Origin: Candidatus Sulfotelmatobacter sp.
Lineage (GTDB): Bacteria; Acidobacteriota; Terriglobia; Terriglobales; Acidobacteriaceae
Reading direction: 5' to 3'
Length of the DNA: 64,000 nt
Assembly (NCBI GenBank): GCA_049519055.1
Contig: JBEKRE010000007.1
Location: forward strand, 21,339-85,338
Of the stretch, positions 28,338 through 35,885 are shown one piece after another. The position numbers were made by a program, and so were the translations under genes. The notes under the pieces were generated by a model. The model saw nothing but the letters and a program-made list of their open reading frames with translations. It made no database searches and was not told the DNA's origin. How positions within the stretch are numbered: position 1 is the stretch's first letter; every line of letters begins with the position of its first letter.

Positions 28338-29585
28338 CTATTCCTGCCGCAGCGCCTCCACGGGAGGAAGCAGCGCGGCCTTGCGCGCCGGATAGAGGCC
28401 GGCGACGATTCCCGCCACGGACAGTGAAACAATCGCGACTACGGCGGACGTGGGAACGATGCGCGGCGTGTCAAACCCTTCGGGTGACGGCAACTGCGCC
28501 AACAAAGCCACGAATGCTCCCGAAATTGCCAGACCGATGCCCCCGCTAAACACTGTGAGAAATGCGCCCTCGACAAAAAACTGCGTCATGATGTTGTGAT
28601 GCGTCGCGCCGAGAGCCTTGCGCAAACCAATCTCCCGCGTGCGCTCGGTGACCGAAACGAGCATGATGTTGATGATTCCGATGGCGCCCAGGCCGAGCGT
28701 CACTAGTCCCACGACGCCGAGAAAATAATCCATGGCGTCAAAAATCTTTCCCACGCGAATCGCTCCGTCGACGGTATCCCAGTCCATGAATGCGTCATCG
28801 AGACCGGGATCGAATCCGTGCCGTCGCGCAACAATGGCGTGAACTTCATTCTTGGCTTCAACATGCAACTCTTTCTTTAAGGGACGGTAGTTAAGGAAGG
28901 AAATCGCATTCTCCGTATTCTTCGCCTTCAACGGAAAAAGCATGCGCATGGTGTCGAAGGGCACAAAGATGCGATGGTTGGTGCCGTTCTCGCCTTCCTT
29001 GCCGATCTTCGGAATCACGCCGATAACCTTGAAATCCATGTTGTTGAGCAGAATCGTGCTGCCCACGGCAGGCTGGCCGGGAAACATATTCTTCAACAGT
29101 TCCCATCCCACCACGGCCACGCGCCGATGCTGCGCATTGTCTTCATCATTAAACCAGCGCCCGGGTTCGATCGGCATGTTGCGAATCTGGCTGTATTCGG
29201 GAACCACGCCAAAGACCTGGCCGTTCGTGGATCCATAATCGCTGACCGCACGAATGTCATCTCGCTCCAGCACCGGAGAAACGGCGCGCAGGAATTTGGC
29301 CTGATCGCGAATGGCGAAATAGTCGCCGTAGGTCAGGTAGTAGGGTTGTCCCGACTGGAAACTCCCGGCTATGGCCGGAACGCGGCCGGGGAAAACAAAC
29401 ATGATGTCCTGACCCAGTTCCGCCAGATTCTTGTCCTGACCGCTGCGGAAGCCTTCGCCCAATCCCACCAATAGCAGCAGGGAGCCTACGCCCCACGCGA
29501 TTCCGAACATAGTGAGGAAGGAACGCAGCTTGTGCGCCCACAGCGTGGAGAGCGACTGCCGGACGATGTCGAGAAGCATTCGCAT
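28338..29585 (-). CDS. MacB/FtsX-type ABC transporter permease (paralogue of the gene downstream)
   Basis: 'LSTLWAHKLRSFLTMFGIAWGVGS', 'VSVTERTREIGLRKALGA' and the C-terminal 'ARKAALLPPVEALRQE' give the same architecture as 27068..28306. Confidence 0.85.
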   Translation of the reverse strand: MRMLLDIVRQSLSTLWAHKLRSFLTMFGIAWGVGSLLLLVGLGEGFRSGQDKNLAELGQDIMFVFPGRVPAIAGSFQSGQPYYLTYGDYFAIRDQAKFLRAVSPVLERDDIRAVSDYGSTNGQVFGVVPEYSQIRNMPIEPGRWFNDEDNAQHRRVAVVGWELLKNMFPGQPAVGSTILLNNMDFKVIGVIPKIGKEGENGTNHRIFVPFDTMRMLFPLKAKNTENAISFLNYRPLKKELHVEAKNEVHAIVARRHGFDPGLDDAFMDWDTVDGAIRVGKIFDAMDYFLGVVGLVTLGLGAIGIINIMLVSVTERTREIGLRKALGATHHNIMTQFFVEGAFLTVFSGGIGLAISGAFVALLAQLPSPEGFDTPRIVPTSAVVAIVSLSVAGIVAGLYPARKAALLPPVEALRQE

Positions 29586-29825
29586 AGCAAGTGATTAGAA
29601 ATGTGCCCCCACGCCTCCGTGGAGGGGCGTGAGGGCACCGGGTAACGTTCAGGCGAGGGGTCTCAATCCCGCCTAACCATCTGATCAGTAATACGCAGCT
29701 GCGGCATGCGAAGTTCCCCGCTGTCGCTAGGTGGTTAGACAGTGTGGAGGAGCGAAAGGTTAGCTTCGGACTGGACAATCCGCCGGGCTGGCGATTCCTA
29801 TCATCTGATTCGCCCAGGGTATCGA

Positions 29826-30287
29826 TCAGAACTCGAAGTACCCTCCGGATGTGGCTGACAGACGAGGGCCAGCTGTACCCGTCGGCGGTAGTGCACCCAG
29901 AACAGCGGTCAAGTTCTCCCAAGCTGCCTGATTCAAAGCGGGGTCTGAAGCGACGAGCTCGCGAATCATGTCCCAGGCGGCCAGATTAAGAGCTCCCTCC
30001 GGGGGCGGTCCCATTGCTAGGGAGACCGAGCATTGCGGACAAAAGCATATTCGCTGTGCTGCCGATTTTTGCCTGGGCTTGATTCCGACGGTCTGCGCAA
30101 ACAGATACACGGCAACGGATTTTTGTCCGGTTTCAATCGCGCGATTGCAGCGCAGACAGTACATATTCTCCACGAGTGCTCCTGACGCCAGGTGCGGCCG
30201 CCAAGGATCAATACTGTCTTTTCTCTGAATCGGTGTGCAAGTATGCAGAAAGATTCCAGCGCACAATGCTGAACTATCGTTTGCCAT
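29826..30287 (-). CDS. hypothetical protein with a putative CxxC...CxxC zinc ribbon
   Basis: It is the longest ORF in this gap. 'CLRCNRAIE...(33 aa)...CPQC' suggests a Zn ribbon. The start is uncertain, with an internal Met at 'MYCLRC'. I recognise no family. Confidence 0.4.
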   Translation of the reverse strand: MANDSSALCAGIFLHTCTPIQRKDSIDPWRPHLASGALVENMYCLRCNRAIETGQKSVAVYLFAQTVGIKPRQKSAAQRICFCPQCSVSLAMGPPPEGALNLAAWDMIRELVASDPALNQAAWENLTAVLGALPPTGTAGPRLSATSGGYFEF

Positions 30288-30324
30288 AGCGAATCAAGCG
30301 AACCAAGCTGTGCTCTAGGCAGAA

Positions 30325-31227
30325 GTGGATGGCATCGTGCACTCTGTTGCGATGAAAGCTGCCGTGAGAAATCTGCGAGATTCGCGGTTAACCGTCAGGC
30401 CGGCGACAGCCGGCAAACTTGGCTCGTCGGTCAGGTCGGTGCGAATCTCGCAACTTTGCCGGATGTGCGAGTGCGAACAGGTTGCCGCGGTTTGCTACCG
30501 GATCCGCAACGGTGCAATCGAATTTCTGCTGGTTCAAACTCGCGGCAGCGGGCGCTGGACATTCCCCAAGGGCAGCGCCGAACCTGGGCTAAGCCATGCT
30601 CAGGCAGCGGCAATCGAGGCCTTCGAGGAAGCCGGGGTCCACGGACGGATCGAAGAAGCTTCCTTCACCCGGTATTTTAGCCGAAAGCACAGAGCCTCAG
30701 GTAGTTCTGCCAGTTCTTCCCCGAAAGGCCTCGCGGTCAGCGCTCATCTTTGCCAGGTGCTACGGCTGAGCAAACCGAAAGAGTCCAACCGTAACCGCAC
30801 CTGGTTTTCTGTGGAGGATACAAAGCAGCATTTGCGGGAAGGCCGTAAGAAAGGAGATGCGGACGAGTTCGCCCGCATGGTCCAGCACGCCGTAGCGCGG
30901 ATCAGGCAATTGAGCCGCGAGAGCGAACCGGTCGTCGATCGACTGCGAGCGGAGTCGCTACGGGAATCCGCCATTCAAAAAGTACGCCTCGAGGCGGTCA
31001 CTCCTCCTTACGACCGCTGGGAACAGGATTCGCTGGCTCCATACCTGCTTCACCGGCTTGCCGAGACGCGCCGCTTCACAACCCCTGCGGATGACGCGGA
31101 TTGCCGCAAAACCCTGCCGCGTGATGTTCTACCGTTCGTCGCTTCGCAACAATTGAATCAAAGTCCTAGATTGCTCTCCGGGCCAAAGAAGATGAAGGCG
31201 TTGGGAACCGGAGCAAAAAGCGATTGA
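30325..31227 (+). CDS. Nudix hydrolase-domain protein with a ~120-aa C-terminal tail
   Basis: The sequence 'VAAVCYRI..IEFLLVQT..GRWTFPKGSAEPGLSHAQAAAIEAFEEAGV' contains a recognisable Nudix box. The start is uncertain: GTG 30325, ATG 30352 or ATG 30463. Confidence 0.65.
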   Translation: MDGIVHSVAMKAAVRNLRDSRLTVRPATAGKLGSSVRSVRISQLCRMCECEQVAAVCYRIRNGAIEFLLVQTRGSGRWTFPKGSAEPGLSHAQAAAIEAFEEAGVHGRIEEASFTRYFSRKHRASGSSASSSPKGLAVSAHLCQVLRLSKPKESNRNRTWFSVEDTKQHLREGRKKGDADEFARMVQHAVARIRQLSRESEPVVDRLRAESLRESAIQKVRLEAVTPPYDRWEQDSLAPYLLHRLAETRRFTTPADDADCRKTLPRDVLPFVASQQLNQSPRLLSGPKKMKALGTGAKSD

Positions 31228-31238
31228 GGTGTCTTTAA

Positions 31239-33257
31239 TTACTCTTTGTTCTTTGGCCGCTCATAAGCCTTTTGCATATACCTGCGCGCTTCTTCGATCG
31301 CGCCGAAAGTGTCGTCGTTGGTCTGGATGGCCTGCCGGTATTCGTTGATCGCGCGTTCGCGCTGGCCGGTGATGTCAAAGATCTTGCCTAGTTGGATATG
31401 ACTCCAGACTTCTGTCCAGCGCGGCTCACCGTTGCCGTTGATGGAGGATCGGTAGGAGTTCGCTGACGACTGATAATTTCTCTGCAGGAAGAAAATCTCC
31501 GCCACGCGGTAGTGGGCGAGAGAACTGTTCTTGTTGAGGTCGAGTGCCTTGTTGAATTCCGCCAACGCGCCAGCAAGATCGCCCTGCTGCTGCAGGGCCT
31601 GACCTCGCAGAATCGATGCGCGCAGTTTTACATCGGACGAATTGGTGAGCACGTGGTGATCGGGATCGACTGCGATTCGCCGCGGCCGGCCGAAAGTTTC
31701 CACTGTAAAAGCCGAGTCTGTACCCACCACTTCGAGCTTCTTGTCTTCCGTTTTGCCGTCTGTGTCAATACGCAAGTCTACCGGCATGCGAAACAAATCG
31801 AGATCCTGCGAAATCGCGCCCGTTACACGGAATCCCTTGTTGCTGCCTAGACGGTAGACCGTGTACTTCAACTTGAACTCGGGCGCGCCGGTCGAGTCCA
31901 GCCATTGCGAAAAGAACCATGTCAGCTGTTGTCCATAATACTTTTCGGCGATGGCACGGAAATCGTCCATGGTGGCGGATTTGCCCGAATCAGTCTCGGC
32001 GAACTCGCGCATCGTCTTGAGATATTTGTCCTCGCCCAGCACCCAGCGCAGCATGTGTAGGATCATCGCACCCTTGTCCGTCACCAGCGACTGAAACTCG
32101 GTGGAGAACGGATCAAGCTTGCTGGCACTGGAAAGCGGAATGTTGTCGTAAGCCAGCGCTCCCACGGACATATCTTTGATAGCTTCTTCCAGACCCGCGG
32201 CGCCGGCTGCGCTCTCGACATACATGGCTTCTGAATAACGCGAGAATCCGTCAACCAGCCACCAGTCATCCTTCGTTGCCGGACTCACCGATACCCCCCA
32301 CCATTGATGGGCAATGGCATTCGCCAGCAGACGATAGTTCGTCTTTTCCGTGATCGAGGGCCCAGCCAGACCCGCGATTTCCGGCGCCCACACGTATGGA
32401 ACCGTATCGCCCGGCAATTCCACAACGCTGAGCCGTTGCGACAAGGGAGTGCCGTAAAGGGTGATGAAGTAAGTAAATTCCTGAACGGCCGTAGTTGTGT
32501 ATTCAGGGGCCAGTTTCTGGTGGTCGGGCTTAAAGAAGACACGCAGGTTCATGCCCGCTTCGTCGCTCTTATATTCCTGAAAGATGCCAGCAATGATCGT
32601 GCCGGGGAAACTCGGTTTGTCATCGACGAAAGTAAAAGTTTTCGTAGGAAGCCCGCTGCTGTTCGGTTTCTTCGAGGGCGGATTATCGGTGACCGTCGAT
32701 TTTCCGGTGCCGATTACCAGCATGTGCGCCGGCACGGTAACGCTGATCGTAGACGTAAACCGGTTGATTCCGTAGCCGCTTACCGGAAACCAGCGTCCGG
32801 CGTAGAGCAGGTAGCTAGTGTCATCGCCGATGTAGGCTAGCTTAAGCCCCGGGACCGGGCTGTCATCAGCGCTTTCGATTTCTCCTTCGTATTCGAAGGT
32901 CAGGGTGGTGGAACTATCTTTCGTGAGGCCAGCCGGAAGCGGAACTCGTACCGTCGAATCCTGCGTGACCCGCTCTGCCGATAGCGGCTGGTTCTGGTCG
33001 TCGAGAACCTTGGTGACGCGGAGGCCGTTATGCAATTCGAAAATGGCCGTACTCAGATCCTGAAGAGCGGTGAACTTGACCTTGGCGCGCGCCGAAATCT
33101 GATGGAGATGCGGTGTGAGCTCGACTTCGATTTGGTAATCATCGACTCGCAGGCGGGCTTTCTCGGCGGCCCAGGAAAGGTTCGAGACAAAACTCAACAG
33201 CAGCAGGGCAGAGAGACCCACCAGGACGCTCTGCCCGCGCCGAAGCTGTTTCTGCAT
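31239..33257 (-). CDS. M1 aminopeptidase-family homologue lacking the HEXXH zinc site, with C-terminal TPR repeats
   Basis: It has M1-like blocks ('AHQWWG', 'WLVDGFSRYSE'), but 'NAIAH' replaces HExxH (nt 32307-32321) and there is no GAMEN. The C-terminus has TPR repeats. The start is set at 'MQKQLRRGQSVLVGLSALLLL', a Sec-signal-like sequence; the ORF extends to 33311. Confidence 0.7.
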   Translation of the reverse strand: MQKQLRRGQSVLVGLSALLLLSFVSNLSWAAEKARLRVDDYQIEVELTPHLHQISARAKVKFTALQDLSTAIFELHNGLRVTKVLDDQNQPLSAERVTQDSTVRVPLPAGLTKDSSTTLTFEYEGEIESADDSPVPGLKLAYIGDDTSYLLYAGRWFPVSGYGINRFTSTISVTVPAHMLVIGTGKSTVTDNPPSKKPNSSGLPTKTFTFVDDKPSFPGTIIAGIFQEYKSDEAGMNLRVFFKPDHQKLAPEYTTTAVQEFTYFITLYGTPLSQRLSVVELPGDTVPYVWAPEIAGLAGPSITEKTNYRLLANAIAHQWWGVSVSPATKDDWWLVDGFSRYSEAMYVESAAGAAGLEEAIKDMSVGALAYDNIPLSSASKLDPFSTEFQSLVTDKGAMILHMLRWVLGEDKYLKTMREFAETDSGKSATMDDFRAIAEKYYGQQLTWFFSQWLDSTGAPEFKLKYTVYRLGSNKGFRVTGAISQDLDLFRMPVDLRIDTDGKTEDKKLEVVGTDSAFTVETFGRPRRIAVDPDHHVLTNSSDVKLRASILRGQALQQQGDLAGALAEFNKALDLNKNSSLAHYRVAEIFFLQRNYQSSANSYRSSINGNGEPRWTEVWSHIQLGKIFDITGQRERAINEYRQAIQTNDDTFGAIEEARRYMQKAYERPKNKE

Positions 33258-33407
33258 TAAGGAGATTCTCCGGGAAATGGGCCTAACCATTCCTATGATG
33301 AAGATTCTCATCTAAAAGATGCTGTGAGCACAAGGGTTAGCGAAAAAGTGCCGGGCTGGCTGACGAACTGCGCTAGTGAGTTTAAGACTCTGCCCATGCC
33401 GAGAACT

Positions 33408-34529
33408 CTATTGTTTAGCCGGGTCTTGAGCGGAAAGATGGGGGGTGAACCTACGGACAATAAACTCCTGAATGATGTTGCTGGCCGCACCCCCGCCAAT
33501 TCCTATGAGCGCATTCTCAAAGGTTAAGCTCGCCCCGTTCCGATTCTCGGCCGGATAATACAGGTTGGAGATACCCCCTGCGGCAAGTCCGCCGATGATA
33601 CCCGAGTAATTTGGCTGCCAGCGGCCATTGTCGCCTTTGCAAATGACTGCATTGGCGATGGCATAGAAAAACCTCGATTTTCGGCTGCCAATCCCCTTAT
33701 AGAAATAGCGTGGATCCTGCTTTAACAACGACGGCAGTATCGCACCGCCAATGAATGTTCCCGACACAAAGTCCCCATACGCCGCCCCGTAGCGCCTCGC
33801 ATACCCTGTTGCGCCCTGCCCGTATCCACTGAAGTCATTTTCCGCCTGTTGAACTCCGGCGATCGCACCGGTGATTAAAAACGAGAACGGATCGATCGTC
33901 GACTTCCACGCCAGCTGAAATTTTAGTTTTGTCGTGAGAGGAGCCGCGTTCGGCACGTAGCTGACGTAGAAGTTCGGGATTACACCGAGCACCCGCTGCT
34001 TTTCCTCCCCCTTCACCTCTTCTTCCGCGACTTGCTCCGAGGACATCCTTACTTCCACGTCTACATTGGCGCTGGGGATGGCGAGTGTGATCTGGGGGAC
34101 AATGTAGTTTTCGCCGGGCTGAAGGACTCCAGAAGTCTGCACCGTCGCAAAGCCGGATGCCTCATAGGCTATCTGAAACGGTCCGGGAGCCGCGTCGAGA
34201 AAAAGAAAGTATCCATTGCTGTCTGAAAGCGCTTCTCGTTTCGAGACCATACCTTGCTGCGCCAGGGTTATTTTCACGTTAGCGACCACGGCCCCGCTTT
34301 GATCAACCACGATACCGCTGATGCTTCCGGACTTTGGCCCAGGAGGCTCGTTTAGCCGGATCGACGTTGGTGTTTCCGCAGGCACCTCCTGCGTCTGAGC
34401 TAGAGCCGAGAGGTTATTCAATATCGCAGCGGCCGTTATCCACACTGCAATCCACTTTGCGGCGCGGACCGAATGTCGCAGATGATTGCCTATGCAGGGG
34501 ATGCGCGAACTCTCTTTCCAACCCGTCAA
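33408..34529 (-). CDS. secreted carboxypeptidase-regulatory-like (CarboxypepD_reg) domain protein, remainder uncharacterised
   Basis: It has a signal-like N-terminus, and 'ISGIVVDQSGAVVANVKITL...SDSNGYFLF' is the CarboxypepD_reg beta-sandwich signature. The Gly-rich C-terminal ~200 aa are unassigned. The TTG start is tentative. Confidence 0.6.
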   Translation of the reverse strand: MTGWKESSRIPCIGNHLRHSVRAAKWIAVWITAAAILNNLSALAQTQEVPAETPTSIRLNEPPGPKSGSISGIVVDQSGAVVANVKITLAQQGMVSKREALSDSNGYFLFLDAAPGPFQIAYEASGFATVQTSGVLQPGENYIVPQITLAIPSANVDVEVRMSSEQVAEEEVKGEEKQRVLGVIPNFYVSYVPNAAPLTTKLKFQLAWKSTIDPFSFLITGAIAGVQQAENDFSGYGQGATGYARRYGAAYGDFVSGTFIGGAILPSLLKQDPRYFYKGIGSRKSRFFYAIANAVICKGDNGRWQPNYSGIIGGLAAGGISNLYYPAENRNGASLTFENALIGIGGGAASNIIQEFIVRRFTPHLSAQDPAKQ

Positions 34530-34703
34530 ATTTAATCCTTACCCAAATTGCCCTTTTTCTGTGTGAAGTTTTGTCAAGATCACGGCGTGGCCCACTTGAT
34601 CCCAGTCGCGCAAACCGCCGCACTTGAAAGCGTAGCCAAGAATATCCTCTCCACCAAGTTACCTTTTATCTCTGTATGTCTGATGCACGAATTCGAGGAC
34701 GGG

Positions 34704-35858
34704 CTAGCTGTGAGATGTTATTGAATTTCCGATCGACCAAATAATTACGGCGGCGCGGTCTGCCGGGCGTTGCAGCGGACCTGGAATGGCGCCTTCCGGC
34801 GCGCGAAGTTTTGCCTTCACCTGTGTTAGACCCTGCAACATGCGGTTGCGTGGGGTGCCGTCTGGAAGAATCTTCTGCAGTTGGGCGACGACGTTCGCGG
34901 CCGTGAAGTCATGCTGCACAAGCTCAGGGACGACCTCTTCTTCAGCAATCAAATTGACCATGGCAAAGTGCGGGACCTTCACCCGCGGCCTGCCCAACAG
35001 GTAAGTGAGGGATGACACACAGTAGACCATCACAAATGGAGTCCGCATCATTGCGGCTTCCACGGTTGCCGTGCCGCTCGCAATGATCCCCGCACGAGAA
35101 TGCCGGAGTGCAGGCAGCGATTCGGGTACGAGCGTGATGCGGTGGCGCTCAATCAAACTCGTAAGGAACGAGCCATCGAGTGTGGGTGCGACCGGCAAAA
35201 GAAATTCGTAATCGCGGCCAAGCTGAGCCGCTGCCTCCAGCATCGTCGGCAAATTCATGCGTACTTCTTTGACCCGACTTCCAGGCATGACCGTGATCCA
35301 AGTTTTGCCCGGATCGACATGAAACTGCGCCGCATAGTCCTTGCGTTCGATTGTCGGCTGCGGCAAGTCCGCCAGGGGATGTCCGACAAACGTCGCATCC
35401 ACTCCGCGTTCTCGGTAGAACTTCTCTTCAAACGGAAAGATCACCAGCGCCTTATCGATGTAGTCGCGCAGCAGCCGAACTCGTCCCTGCCGCCAGGCCC
35501 AAAACTGTGGCGCCACGTAGTAGACCACAGGAATCCCACGCTTCTTCATCTGGCGCGCCACCCGCCAGTTGAACGCTGGCGAGTCGATCACGATAGAGAG
35601 ATCCGGTTTTCGTTTGTCGGCTTCGGCGATCAGACGCCGGTACAGCCCGTAGATTATTGGCAGATGGCTGAGAATCTCGGTGATGCCGACGACGGAGAGG
35701 TCCTTGGAGTCGACCACCGTTTCGCACCCAGCAGCGCGCATGCGCTTGCCGCCGACGCCGAAAAATTCAAGCTGTGGATCGCATCGGCGCAGCGCTGCGA
35801 TGAGCTGTGCCCCATACATCTCCCCCGAAGCCTCGCCCGCTGAGATCAGTATTCGCAA
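34704..35858 (-). CDS. lpxB: lipid-A-disaccharide synthase
   Basis: 'MRILISAGEASGEMYGAQLI', 'DSPAFN', 'YVAPQFWAWR' and 'ASGTATVEAA' are canonical LpxB blocks. Confidence 0.92.
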   Translation of the reverse strand: MRILISAGEASGEMYGAQLIAALRRCDPQLEFFGVGGKRMRAAGCETVVDSKDLSVVGITEILSHLPIIYGLYRRLIAEADKRKPDLSIVIDSPAFNWRVARQMKKRGIPVVYYVAPQFWAWRQGRVRLLRDYIDKALVIFPFEEKFYRERGVDATFVGHPLADLPQPTIERKDYAAQFHVDPGKTWITVMPGSRVKEVRMNLPTMLEAAAQLGRDYEFLLPVAPTLDGSFLTSLIERHRITLVPESLPALRHSRAGIIASGTATVEAAMMRTPFVMVYCVSSLTYLLGRPRVKVPHFAMVNLIAEEEVVPELVQHDFTAANVVAQLQKILPDGTPRNRMLQGLTQVKAKLRAPEGAIPGPLQRPADRAAVIIWSIGNSITSHS

Positions 35859-35885
35859 GAGAGCATTGTAAGGCTGCGGGGAGAC

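Noticed and set aside
29744-30228. Plus-strand ORFs 29744..29989 and 29968..30228 overlap the Zn-ribbon ORF region.
   Set aside because: They are shorter than the minus-strand ORF and Arg/Ser/Pro-rich, with no motifs. One runs into the structured non-coding region. The minus-strand 153-aa ORF is the more plausible gene, itself only at 0.4 confidence.
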